A DNA stretch of 58,540 bases, counting the filler, from Basidiobolus ranarum (lineage: Eukaryota), in the NCBI GenBank assembly GCA_040143965.1. It is 5 parts of 5 records of this genome, joined end to end, with 100 filler letters (N's around TTAATTAATTAA, not from the genome) between each part and the next. Parts side by side here need not be neighbours in the genome. Positions count along the whole stretch, not along the records: positions 23,499 to 35,136 come from JASJQH010000600.1; positions 35,237 to 46,871 come from JASJQH010000601.1; 3 more parts are not named here. The stretch is one strand, 5' to 3'. Under the pieces are notes generated by a model. That model did not search any database. It worked only from the letters and a program-made list of their open reading frames with translations, and was not told the DNA's origin. The first letter of the stretch is position 1. The number at the start of each line of letters is the position of its first letter. Shown here piece after piece: positions 34,352-46,971 of the stretch. Both the position numbers and the translations under genes were made by a program.

Positions 34352-35136
34352 TTAGGAAGAAAATTCTGGATAATGTCTCGCTACAACCCCTGGATGTGAT
34401 CTGCAAAGACCACCAAGTGCGTTCACTCCATAAGCAGGATCTTGAAGTAGTTGGTGTTGTTTCACATCGGAGATATACGTTCTACTAGATTCAGCTAGGA
34501 TATCTTCGGGTACATTTATGGCAGGAACAATGGCATCAAGTGATGGATTAAAGAAGAAAGGTACTGAGTAACGATCTTTACCAGAGCGATTGTTGAGAAC
34601 ACGATGAGTTGTGGCTACAAAGCAACTCTGAGTTAATCGTTCGAAGGCTTCTCCAATGTTAACAACGAATGTATCCGGAATGGATGGTGCATCAATCCAC
34701 TCCCCTTGCTGGGTTTGAATTTGTAAACCTCCAACATTATCTTGTAGTAAAATGGTAAGGAATCCATAATCCTATAGAGCGAATGGTTACATCAATATAT
34801 CCACTACATTGTCTACCAATAAATCATGAATCTAACCTTGTGTGGTCCAACACCTAATCCATGGTTTTCGGGTTGATCTACTGGATCGCCCATGGATGGA
34901 TAGCGTACAACTTTGAGACGATAATATGGCTCTGTGTTGAAAGTGGACTCCAAAAAATTCCCAGGTAATCCTAATGTCTCTGCAATGGCCTGAACAAGAG
35001 ATAGAGAGATTCGTTCAGTCTCGTTCATGAATTGAAGTACAGTTGGTTTGAAATTCGGAAGCAGGTCCTTCTTTGGCCATTGATTTGGACCCGTGAGACG
35101 CATGAAAACTGGTGAATCACTAGTAAGGTCGGTTTT
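34352..35136 (-). CDS. 2-oxoglutarate/Fe(II) dioxygenase (IPNS/DIOX family), 5' end cut by linker
   Basis: GPNQWP..RLKVVRYP..GVGPHK/DYGFLTILLQDNVGGLQI..W..PPIPDTFVVNIGE..ATTHRV..RYSVPFF (HxD...H and RxS motifs); one intron visible. Confidence 0.9.
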
Positions 35137-35236
35137 NNNNNNNNNNNNNNNNNNNNNNNNNNNNNNNNNNNNNNNNNNNNTTAATTAATTAANNNNNNNN
35201 NNNNNNNNNNNNNNNNNNNNNNNNNNNNNNNNNNNN
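35137..35236. other. Artificial 100-nt N linker
   Basis: N44-TTAATTAATTAA-N44. Confidence 0.97.
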
Positions 35237-35430
35237 ATTAACTGAGGGATGTTAATTTGGAATAATCAACAGAATTCTGTATGGGAGAAATTATTTTACA
35301 CGGAAGTATTGAGTGAGACAACAACAGAGACCTACAGCGGTTTGAATGATATGACAATAATACAGGACCTAAGTACTCGAGAGAATAAACTCTACATATT
35401 GAGATGACATCTTAATATATACGAGTTCAT

Positions 35431-36048
35431 TCATTTAGTGCAATCGAAGGCTTCTGGAGGGCTTTTGGGTTCAATTGTCTGGGAATCGGCAGACGTTGGA
35501 TCCAGACCATTTTGAGAATTCAAATAAGAAATTTCCTTAGACATCGGACTCTCTTCTTTAAAAAACTTGAATTGGGGCTGAGTGGACCTCGTTAAAGTCA
35601 ATTTACTTGTCAAGTTGCTGCCAAGTTGCTGTTTAAGAATCAAGCGTCGATTCTCCTGCTTGACTTTCGACATTTCATCCTCCTTTTTCACAACCATCTG
35701 CCGTAGCGCATGAGCAGTTAGCTTTGCTTGAGTTAATTCTCGTGACAGAGCTCGATTTTGCTCAAGTAAATAGGAATTATCAATCAGAAGCCTGTCAGAT
35801 ATCGAAGAGGATGCTTCACTTTCCGTAGCAACAGGACCAGCCTCTTGGGAAATAGTTTGGTCACTCAGACCGGAGGCATCTCTCAGTTCTGTATTATGTG
35901 TACAATTGTGGAGAGCAGTTGGAGGCTGCGATAAAGACTGGCCAGTATTGTGACTTAAGTCTTGTGCTCCCATGCCACATCTCTTTCGTGATAGAGTCAA
36001 GAAAGGCAGATATCTTTGGGAGGGCGGCAGCTGTCGACGATTCTTCAT
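35431..36048 (-). CDS. Hypothetical coiled-coil protein
   Basis: Open frame of about 205 aa from MKNRRQ; heptad region RLLIDNSYLLEQNRALSRELTQAKLTAHALRQMVVKKEDEMSKVKQENRRL. Confidence 0.55.
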   Translation of the reverse strand: MKNRRQLPPSQRYLPFLTLSRKRCGMGAQDLSHNTGQSLSQPPTALHNCTHNTELRDASGLSDQTISQEAGPVATESEASSSISDRLLIDNSYLLEQNRALSRELTQAKLTAHALRQMVVKKEDEMSKVKQENRRLILKQQLGSNLTSKLTLTRSTQPQFKFFKEESPMSKEISYLNSQNGLDPTSADSQTIEPKSPPEAFDCTK

Positions 36049-39000
36049 TGCTTTAAATTCCAGAGATACAACAGTACGGGAGAAAGGATGAGGAAATATA
36101 TGAGAAAATGAAAGCCACTTGACTATGCTGAGTTCCCTTAAAAGGCCAACGTGAATCAAGTTAAGTGAAAATTGAGCAGGGAGTCTAAATTGGTTTTTTG
36201 ACGCCCTCAGAGAAAGATAGAAATATTGTATATTTACAAATTGATTTGTTTCAAAATATTACTGACTGCATCACATATTATTTCCCGCAGTAGCAAAGTA
36301 TACATTAATAAGTTCAGATTAAGTAGTTGTACAATTGGAAGCACATCTGAGGCTATGGTTGAAAGGGTACACATATATACCTGCGATTGAATTACACTAC
36401 TATTCGATACATTTGACGAGCACTAACCTTCAGCATCACGGTTAAGAATGTTTGGGACGGTGGATCCATCACTCGTGTCGGCAAGCTTAGCTAATATTGT
36501 AATTTGATGCTCACATACTCCTTGGAGCAGATGATGAGATCGGATAAGCCTCAAATTCAAATCACATCAAATGTAGACCAAATTAAAACCCATCTAGCTA
36601 ACCGCGAATATTTGAATAGGGCATTCCTGGATCAATGTTCTGGAATATGCGAGCATTGTCTTATACTATCGGGTGCAATATATGTTTGTCCAATTCGAAA
36701 CATGGGAGTTTAAGGTTGAAGGTTAAACCCCAGCCAGTCTCCACATGAATAAGAGAAGACAAACTTCGACAGAATACGGAGGTTGATTAATTTTGGGGCA
36801 GATGGTATAGATGCTTTCATCGCCAATTACTGTAGAAGAAAATAGTATACAGGTTTCAGCCGAAGGGAAAGATAATGTAATATTCGTTGAAAGGTAGCAT
36901 TGCTTGGTCTTGATTCAGACAGCAATCCTACTAAGGGTGAAGGAGAATGCTTCCAGTGTTAATCGAACTCCACAAGCAGAGGTTGTAGCTATGCTTGGCA
37001 TTCTAATCTGCACGCATATATTCCACCCCAAATATATAGGAGGATGGTTTTGATTCTCTTTTGAATTAGCGGTATTATCTACCAGCGTGTCTGTTTCACA
37101 TAATCGTAAAGATGTTAGGTAACCGTGCATTTCGCGAAGTATTAACTTTAATTTTAACAATATAACATGGCAAATCAATAAACTGAGGTTCTTTTACACC
37201 ATTAAAACAGCTTCCAGTGCTACGAATATTTTTCACATACAGTAAAAGTGAAAATATTTTACGTCTCCTTGTAAAAACTGTTGTATTTCCATACTCAAAG
37301 CTATGGATTGCTTATATTAGCATAAGTATGGAATCGGGGAGGTTCTAGAGGCTGTTCTAGCCACTCTGTATATTCTTTGCTTTGCAACATGTTTTGGATT
37401 AGCAATAAACTGAATACTTCTACATTATTGCCGCCCATTGTAGCCGAAGTAGCTGATTTCGATTTCATCAGATCATACGGCAATATTGTCATCATCGATA
37501 GCCGAATGCGAACTCTTATTTACCGAATGTAGATACACCTGCATAACGAGGTAGTCACTTGTTGAGCTACAGGTAAGTGTCGATTGTATTAGTCAAATTG
37601 ATGAGTTAGAATTGAGCGGCTGTAGACCTCCAGACTTACTCACTTACAGCAACAGGTAATGATTACTTATTCAGCAATACCTCGATGCTAACAAAAGATA
37701 GCATTATAATAATAGACTGAGCTGATCTAGCGGTGTATTAAATGTGGATTGTTTTCTGGGACTAGTGATCGATATCTCAGATCCTGGACTATGAAAATAA
37801 AGTCATCGTAAGTGAAGAGTTTTCAAAATGCACATACCAGTCTTGTACTATTCGGATCTAAAGCAAAGAATCCAGCTCTTTTCATAGGTAAGAAACTGTA
37901 GAGAAGGGCTTGGGCTACCGAAGGATAAACACTAACATGACAGTACGCAACTTGTTGCAATCAGGAGCACCGTGCCAATCATGATGGGTATTGAGTAAGT
38001 CGAATAGGAGGTAACGTTTGATATACTTAAACATAGATTCAGGTCTAAAAATATACGAATACTATTAGTCAGCAACACTTGCCACAAGAGAGGTACGAAT
38101 AACTAGAATTGATACATTCACATGGATCTGAATACAATCACTAGGGGCTCCAATAACACAAAATTTAGTATTTTGTATCCACCTTAAAAGTAACTAGGAA
38201 AATATATGGTAGACTAGTTCATACTCTGCAGGCTGTCTAATGCTGCAATAAACACAAACTTGGTTGGTAGTCCAAAAACATGCATGTTTACGATGACCTG
38301 ATCTTAATGTTTGCTACAATTAAGTAGCCATGGATATCAAGAATGCAAGTTACTTCCCAAAATTGAATTTGACAACAAAAATGGGATTACTCGAATATCA
38401 AAGTGCTAGCGAACCATTGAATAAACGTTACCTATCAGAAGAAATTTATCCATCAATTGATGCCTTTAAATATTTGTAACCACATGGTATCGTTATCCTC
38501 TGGACATATTGGTATTGAAATTGTCATAACCAAATGACACACAACAAAAGTCCATTTCAATGCTAGATGCCACAATAATGATCAGGACAACGAGTGATGA
38601 CAGACAAGAAACTGGAAGTCCAGAAGATATTTAAGTGTAGACCACAAGACAAGATATGTTAGAGAATGATACTTTGGCAAGAATCTGTACTGATAACTGA
38701 TGCAGGTCACTCTGAGGTCTGATCTAGGATTATTTGAAGCGTATATAGATTTTATTAGATACTAGGAAATATAATGAAACAAGCTCATTATTGGAAAATG
38801 GGTGGATAGGATAATCAATTAAGGATGATATTCTCAACGTACGGGTATAATTAATAGATATATATACAAGAATGCACCAAGTTGATATGCCAAGGTCAGA
38901 CTCAGGACAACCAATAGACATGGACATACCAAATCTCAATTACTATGAGCATCTTGAATTGCAAAGGTTTTGCTATATTCCAGTAGTAAGGAAGTTATAA

Positions 39001-39276
39001 ATAAGTTAAACCGGTGACTAGATCAAGAGGCTTTGTTGACTTAGTAATTTTCATTTCAAAGTGAATTTATTAGCATCAACAGAAGGAATGAGCCTAATGG
39101 TTCATATGAACTAATATCTTGTCCTATAGCTGGGCATATTGTTGGATAATTAGTCGTTAAACATCTTGGTTCACTTTTGCTATGATACATATATCAGAAA
39201 CAAGAAAGCATCATAGCTATAGCCCCATATTCTAATTAGAAATATCTCCGCATCCATATAACCAGTATGTCTTATT

Positions 39277-39627
39277 TGTTAAAGTATTTGGGAGCCTGTT
39301 GGAAGTGGTTTGGAGAAATAGAGAAGTTGATGGTTTTCACTTATTGATATAGTGAGTAGAAAGTTGACATTTATAGTTTTGTCAAGATGTAAGCAAACTA
39401 ACATGCGTAATGTGTTAAGCAAGGTCCCAATAACATGTGTGCAAAGTTTGGGGCTTCTAGCACAAGTTTAAAAAATCCATATATCTGAAAACTTCTAAGT
39501 TGGGGTCAATGTTTTAAGTAAATTCCGACTGAGAATAATGGGTAATATCTTAGTGAAAATATAAAAAAAACCACCAATTTCTCTAATTCTCCAAACCACT
39601 TCCAACAGGCTCCCAAATACTTTAACA
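39277..39627 (+). mobile_element. Complete 351-bp MITE with ~61-bp terminal inverted repeats, TGT...ACA termini
   Basis: First 41 nt of the TIR are perfect; 3 mismatches over 61 nt; no coding capacity; two further partial copies in the window. Confidence 0.88.
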
Positions 39628-41640
39628 GTCTCAAGATAACAAAGTCTATCCACAATATGACCAGATCCTCCAACACAGATAACTCTAACTTGATGGGGAT
39701 TTTATGATAGTTTCAATAAGTAGAATGTATAGCAAGCACCAATAAAAGACTATAAGATCAGGCCACACAACATGTTGGAAAGCAGCCAAACTAAATTAGC
39801 ATTCCTGTAGAGTATAGATAGCACAAACAATGAAACATTTTATACTGAGATCCAAGTATCTGGGTTTGTAGACTAATGCTATGGAACCTACAGTTGAAAA
39901 AATAGAAATATATAGATATGATAAGTATATGTAAAATAGATGTCTATTAATGGATATACAGGCAGTATATAGTTTTTATTAATATGTACATTTTGTCCAA
40001 TGTTTTAATTGGCCCTGTAAACATTCTGATTTGAAGTGAATTAAAAAAATTAAATATTTGAGTTGGATATCAACTATACTGCACATCCTTATATATTGAG
40101 GAATAACAAGGCCATCACTGTAGAAATTAAGATTAGATTTTTATCAGTAAAAACCCTTCAAAAAGCTAAAGATTCTTGAAGATATAGCATAATTAGCATC
40201 TGTGTATTTGTACTTCCTGTGTGTTTAAAATTTGTATATATCAGTAACTCTTTTGACCATACCAACTATACATGAGTTGATGAGTATGCATATATATCTC
40301 AAATATATTGCCATATGCGGGTCCAGATATCACTAACAAGTATCTAGAGTTAGTTTACCTTATATTCAAAAAAAACGTGCTCTACCTGTAACTCCCAAAA
40401 GTCAAGTATTTATGTAATTATACGATTACGTTATCATAGAAATATAACGAAAGGATACATATGCTATGTCACAGGCAAAAGTTCTGCTCTGCTAACAAAC
40501 AGGAGAGAATACACGATTTATATCTCCTTATCCGGGATTGTATAGACGCCAAGGTATAAGACTTCTCGCTCTGAACATATTTCTAGTACAAAGGTGCTGT
40601 TCACAACTATGGAAACCGCTAGCCGTATATCGGCTCAATCTTACAAATGACTGCTCATATAGGAAATATGTATCTTCGAAACATCTGGTCATGGCTAATT
40701 GTCATCGGTTCCCAGTATTGTCTCACACTCCCGGGTACCGCTTCACGACATCATTCAAGGGCATAAATACATGTTTTCCAACAACGTTTTCCAATACACC
40801 TTACTTAATCTAAGCACCATCACTTGAATCAGAAACTCCAGTGGCTCATAGAAAATGAGTCCACGGTTGATCAAGAGTTATTGGTGAATGTCACCTTCGA
40901 ATTGAGATCCCAGGCTGACTTTACACCATTGTTGTATAAATAAGACGGTTTGGTTGTTAGTAGAACTGGATTACCTTCCAAAAGAGTAACCAGTGTCACA
41001 AATAACTAGGCAACAGATCCAACTCGCTACATGGATATATTCCCAGTACCATAAGCCCATACGGCCGGTGCCCTCAATAGGCAGTGTATCAATCACATAT
41101 GAAACCCAGTTTTGTAGCGAGATAATAAGGTTGGCCTATTAGTTTGGATTAATTGGCTTCATGAATATGACTAAACACATCCATACGCTTGGATAGCTTA
41201 CTCATTTGCCCTACAAGACATGACTTCTACCAACGAATCAACGTGATGACGAGACAACTCTACGGAATCCCTATCTGAATAAAGATTCTCCGTAAACCGG
41301 AATGTTGTAAATTAGAAAATCTATAAAAGGAAATGGCATCGTACTGTTACACACTATTTAAGTTTATTTCAGGCATTTTGATAGGATCGTCGGAAAAAGG
41401 AACTCAACCCCTTTTCGAAGGATACATTTATACCCAAATTTAACCTAATTTCTGGGATAATTTTGATGTAAATCATGGCAAACTAACTCTTGAATAGAAA
41501 AGGATTTTCTTCAAAGCACACTGGCAGTTTGGTTGAAATCATTCCTTGAAGATTTATATCTTCTATATACAGTAAAACACTCAATTCTTTTATGAATGCT
41601 TCCCTTCTATTAAACTATAGTCATTGCAAATAATCTAAAA

Positions 41641-42983
41641 ATGAGTACTGACGTAATACTCAATACCCCGTACGAGGAGACGACGCCGCTAAATTGGTCA
41701 CACGTTGCTAAAGCATACTCCTTTGTTCTTCTGAATGGTACCCTTTCAAAAGAAAACATGCCATGCCGAACTTTTTCTAAATCTTTCTAATCCAACTCTT
41801 CTAGTGATGTTATCACAATTTCTCCGATTAAAACTTAGCTATTCTCTAATTATTAGTAGTTTACGCTGTATGATACAACTTACTGTGATGGGATTTCTTC
41901 TTCAGTTAATATTTGATGCAAATAGTCCGTGGATAGTTGCCCTGATGACAAGTAAGATTTGTTTAAACCCGAACTGAAGCAAATCTTTATCTATTGAATC
42001 TTAACTAAATCCTATTACTAGTTGCATTTCTAGTGCTTGGTGCATACGAAACTGTGTATCATCAGAGCCGTCGTCGGTACAAAGGAATGGTATTATTCGA
42101 AAATGACATTAGCCATATTTTCATACCAAATAAGAATTTTAATGATTTGCCTCTTCCTAGTTCCAAGCTATTTTTCTATCTATGTTGGTTAGCACCACAG
42201 TCGTAAGCATAGTTGGTTCGTGTATTAGTCAAAAGCCTCACAGACAACAAGTATTAAATCTACTTTTACTCTAGGAATGATTTTCGCACTTCAATATAAG
42301 CCGTTCTGGAATCCACCAGAGTTTATTCCTACCATAGGAACAGTACTTGGAAATTCGATCCCTGGAATGGCAATCGCCCTCAATCACTCTATACAACACT
42401 TCACGTAAGCTTCCTGGTGTAGATATATCTTTAAACTTGTTGAATTATCTTTAACGATCCTGTTCTGAATAATATCAGGGAGAACAAATGTCGTATAGAG
42501 CTGTACTTGAGCTTCGGTGCCACTCGTTGGGAAGCTGCCAACCCTATTATTGTTGAATCTATTAGATTGGGCTTTTTGCCCACCATTAATGCCTTGAGGT
42601 TAGATCATTGAAGTCTTATAAGCTCATTCTACAATCTAACAAACCCCCTCTATAGTGTCATGGGACTGATCTCTATTCCTGGTAGGCTAGTTTTCCACCT
42701 CTAATTAACATCTCTCAGCGCTAACGTTGAATAGGCTTGATGACCGGTCAGATCATGAGTGGAGTGCCAGTTGGACATGCGGTGAAATTTCAAATTATTA
42801 TGATGTTCATGATCGCTGCCGGAACTTGCTTGGGCATATTGCTTGTGGTATTGGTACGTACATCTACGAATACACATCTGATCACCCTGGTCATTGAAAA
42901 CTGAACATTTCTCATAGCATTGCACAAGCGTTTGTCTTGACTCCAAACATCAGATTCGAAAAGATAGAATGAGTTCGAAATGA
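41641..42983 (+). CDS. UPF0014 family permease (bacterial FetB/YbbM, plant STAR2/ALS3-like), multi-exon
   Basis: Spliced: SSLRCMIQLTVMGFLL..PFWNPPEFIPTIGTVLGNS..RIELYLSFGATRWEA..IRLGFLPTINAL.VMGLISIPG.MTGQIMSGVPVGHAVKFQIIMMFMI. Confidence 0.88.
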
Positions 42984-44086
42984 TCCTCGGAGCCCTACCT
43001 TGACAATAGAATTTCTCAGATGAATCAAGATTCTCGTTGCATCCCGGTTCCAGTTTACCTTCGAAACTCCACCATATTATTATCTAATGCTAATTTTGAT
43101 ACCATAAATATTTACCACATTTATACCTTGATCGGTTGACAAATTCTAAGTAGTTTATCCAACATCTAGTCATATTCTTGGGACCAAAGCCGGGAAGAAA
43201 TCTGCGATTTAACGGATCTATTAGTTAGTCAATTCTTTTACTACAATATGCATATATACCTTTTATAAATCTATCATTTCCATGTGGTGGTGATGTCTGT
43301 ACCTCAACGTAACTTCTAAAATTGAACCATTTTTAACTCGGAAATGGACTCTGCAAATTGAATGGAACATTGTATGACCTCAACTACCGATATTTACCCG
43401 CCCTGACGGAGGTAGTAAAGACTACAAATTAAAAGTCCAAATTTGCAATAACTTCTGACCATTGTTGGGGATGACTTGTTTGAATCGAAAGGGGTTTGTA
43501 CACACTTACCTCCGTAACATACGGATCGGATGGGATGCAATCGGAAACACTACCGATGTTAAGATTGTTTAAGAAAGATAGACATGAAACTGAACCCTTA
43601 TCTGCAAAAAATAAATCGAACATTCTAGAAATAAATAGCATTAGGGCACTTGGGGAACTCATTATTATAGTAGTTGATTTTTCACCCGCAATGAATCGAT
43701 CTCGGTCAAATCAGATAGATACCCACAGCTTTGGTGAATTGAAACATGCAACTTTGGTAGGCGCAGACACATCACGAATCCTTTCCATTCTTTTGGAACA
43801 GATCTCGCCCAAGTCAGATATTAATAAAGCTATGGCATATTGACTGTCATAAATATCGAGTTCGTCCAAGCAAAAAGATCAAGAAGTATGCAATGTGCAA
43901 AATATAGGTTAAATGCCGTGTATTTATTTATTTGTTGGTATCAAGCAATATTATTGGATATTTATTGTCGGTGTCAAAATTTTTACAGACATGGTTGAAA
44001 AAGATATATTACGGTATTGCACCAAATAAAAAGCGAGTATTAAAATTCCCCAAAGATTAACACTACGAAGCTCTATAGTTAATTAC

Positions 44087-45496
44087 TTACGCTCCTTCTA
44101 TAAGATCATCCCAGTGGGAGTCGCCACGTCGATATCTTACTAAGAATCTCGGATATGTATTTCTAAACATCAACTCTTTGACTTCGGCAACAGCCAACTG
44201 GTATATACTCATCTCCCACTGATCGTTTTTTGCCAAAATACTGATTTGTCGAATGGTATCATCGGTCAGATTTACTTGAAATCTAGAATGTGGCGTGATG
44301 AAGATTTGATAAATCTCTTTAAGTTGTTCACGTAGCACCTCAGGTGCCAAGGAATTTGATAGGTTTCCGACTCTGGCACAAGCTTCGTAAAAGAGGACAC
44401 ATTCCACGGTGAAGTCCGATACTGCAAACATTTTGAACTGATGAAGGAGGTTTTGGTTTGTCAACAAAGATTCGAACGACTCTCGAGTACTATCTAGAAC
44501 TATTGACTTGCCTCTGACAATTGGGTGATTCATTGGTTTCCCTTTACGTAGATCGATTAAATGACTCTCGAGTAGCGGTGCAACCACTAATAGGATATAG
44601 ATAATGGCCATTGGGATTATAGTCCAGATTAAACCGGCAATATCAGGATCCAAAACCTCTCTCAGTTTATCCGACGTAGTGAATATTAAAAGTAAAATAT
44701 CTCCGATGACACTAACTGCTGTGGAAGTGACAAGCTCACGTCGGATCCCATAGGCATCGTGGACATTCCGCATAAGGTAAACCAGAAATGGGATGACTAC
44801 TAGTCCGTAGAGGAAGCAAAATACTCTACGAGGAATATAATCAACACCCCCGTAGCAATCTGTAGTGGAGACTGGTCTCATGTTTAGTTTCGAACTGAAA
44901 AGATGAACAATGGCGGTTATCGCACCATGAAACAATAAGAGCATCAAGAGCCAAGTACTCATATAATTTGGAGTGGCAATGTAACGTCGCTGATAGTACC
45001 AATTACTTTCCAAGATATTCTCTGTTTTCGTTGAACCCATTTGATTTCCTTCAACGGAATTCATATGGGTTAAGCTTCGTAATTCTACAGACTCATGACT
45101 GCTTCTCTTACTGAAGGAAAATTTGGCCGATTTCTTTACTACCGTGTTTGTTTGACCACCCATCTTCGTTAGGGCATCTTCGAGTTTTGCTTCACTGATG
45201 CGGTAGAAGAAGAATAGCTTGATACATCTACCGATGATTACAAGATAGACTAATGGATAGACAATCCCCGAAATCCACACAACAACTGCACATGGAATGA
45301 TTTCTGAATCACTAGCACGCACAACCATCAAAGTAATAATGACACAAGTGCCAATAGCCGCGGCAAGGGTCAATCGAGGTGACCGATAACGAATGCATGG
45401 ATACCTCCGCCTCCTCCAAACCAACCCACAGACGGCAACTGTTTGAATTATCCATAGACACCCCAGGACATAATAAACAACTATATATGCTTCCAT
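44087..45496 (-). CDS. Seven-TM receptor-like protein fused to a C-terminal RGS domain, intronless
   Basis: About 7 hydrophobic segments; IRYRSP and HDAYGIRREL motifs; RGS box FESLL..LHQFKMFAVSDFTVECVLFYE..IYQIFITPHSRFQVNL..VKELMFRNTYPRFL. Confidence 0.88.
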   Translation of the reverse strand: MEAYIVVYYVLGCLWIIQTVAVCGLVWRRRRYPCIRYRSPRLTLAAAIGTCVIITLMVVRASDSEIIPCAVVVWISGIVYPLVYLVIIGRCIKLFFFYRISEAKLEDALTKMGGQTNTVVKKSAKFSFSKRSSHESVELRSLTHMNSVEGNQMGSTKTENILESNWYYQRRYIATPNYMSTWLLMLLLFHGAITAIVHLFSSKLNMRPVSTTDCYGGVDYIPRRVFCFLYGLVVIPFLVYLMRNVHDAYGIRRELVTSTAVSVIGDILLLIFTTSDKLREVLDPDIAGLIWTIIPMAIIYILLVVAPLLESHLIDLRKGKPMNHPIVRGKSIVLDSTRESFESLLTNQNLLHQFKMFAVSDFTVECVLFYEACARVGNLSNSLAPEVLREQLKEIYQIFITPHSRFQVNLTDDTIRQISILAKNDQWEMSIYQLAVAEVKELMFRNTYPRFLVRYRRGDSHWDDLIEGA

Positions 45497-46871
45497 TTGT
45501 GCAATCTCTACTAGCCCGGCTTTCCAGAGAAAAAGGTATTAGCAAAATAATTAGTTTAGTTCGACAGGTCGGATTGATCCTTTATGAGCGGAGATAATGG
45601 TTATATACTTCTCAGAACCTATGATCGTGGAAGCAGAAACCGATGCAAGAGAAGAACGTTACGTGAACCTAGCACAGTAAGGCAATACTAGAATCAAACC
45701 TGATATTACTTTCACAATATCAAGTGATGGGGCGAAAAAGGGATCACCAGTGAGAAAATTCAAGTTCTATCAGTTACTTGCTTGAGCTTTATAAGCTCAC
45801 ATTCTGACCCGATATATCCCATTGGATCAAGTCAACCCGCTAATGTGTAAATAAAAAGACACTTTAAAAGCGACGTGGCACCAGGCATGATAACATTGCA
45901 TTCAATGAATCCTAATCTAAGACCACTCAAATCAAAGCTATATGATGACACATGTGTGCTTATTCATAATCTTTAGTCAAGTGAGCAATCTCCATATACG
46001 GTGTGCACTAACTTAGAATAGGGCAGCCAAAGCACTAGCAATACAGGAAAAGATATCCTTCGTGGCAGCAGATTGGGATAATCTAGAGCATGTAGCAAGT
46101 GTGTTTATTGGCAATTCTACACCATGGCATTCAAATCCGTATCAGAGTGCATTAGTTTGCTTTGAGGATTTAGCGTTTACAGGATGGAGTCCATTTACGG
46201 AAAAACGCAATACTTCTGTGTAACACACAAAAGATCACCCGCGTTACAATATATTGGTAGGAAGTTCTTACAACTGCTCAGTACGGCCAAACTTCCATTC
46301 GCCCATTAGCATGAAGAGTGGTGAATCCGAGATCCTTTTTTATCCACAACCATCGCAGGTTGTGTTCAAGCTTTCTGTAGCATGCTACTATAATTAGAAG
46401 TAGCGAGCCATATATATCGCAGAGTCGCCTGCCTGATATGGATTAATGCAGAATTTACTACACCAGGAATAACAATTTCCTAAACTCACAATGGACAATG
46501 ATCGGAGGACCTTCATATACCGTGCAATCGATTAGACTCAACAAGGTAGTAAATTAACTATACATTTGTGGTTGACACGATCATCCTAGAAAGAACAATC
46601 GCACAACATTAATATACGACAGATATGCACAAGGCATTCGGAGAGCGATCAGGTGAAATATTAAAGAGTGTGTTTGTTTAGCCTTTCTTGACGAACAGAC
46701 AGATTTTCATCTATTATTCGATAAGGCATTCGGCGAAGAGTAGCTTCCACCAAGTGGACAATCTAATAGTTAAACACATGCTGGTGACAAGATTATTGCT
46801 TTGAGCCCGTACGACTGGCAATTTGTTTGAGCCACGGTTACCAGGTTTCCAAGAGATTGAGATACCTCATT

Positions 46872-46971
46872 NNNNNNNNNNNNNNNNNNNNNNNNNNNNN
46901 NNNNNNNNNNNNNNNTTAATTAATTAANNNNNNNNNNNNNNNNNNNNNNNNNNNNNNNNNNNNNNNNNNNN
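46872..46971. other. Artificial 100-nt N linker
   Basis: N44-TTAATTAATTAA-N44. Confidence 0.97.

Noticed and set aside
33129..35136. CAP protein plus 2OG oxygenase as part of a secondary-metabolite cluster
   Set aside because: No backbone enzyme on the segment, and the segment ends inside the oxygenase, so the context cannot be judged
36500..38480. Exon-like fragments with splice signals
   Set aside because: Could not assemble a consistent open reading frame or assign a family from the sequence alone
41718..41726. GTACCCTTT donor in the FetB-like gene as a possible U12 intron
   Set aside because: Mismatch to RTATCCTT at +4 and no TCCTTAAC branch site; consistent with a U2 intron
43496..43843. 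115-aa ORF between the FetB-like gene and the 7TM-RGS gene
   Set aside because: Non-ATG start, no Walker motifs (so not the missing ABC ATPase), no recognisable domain
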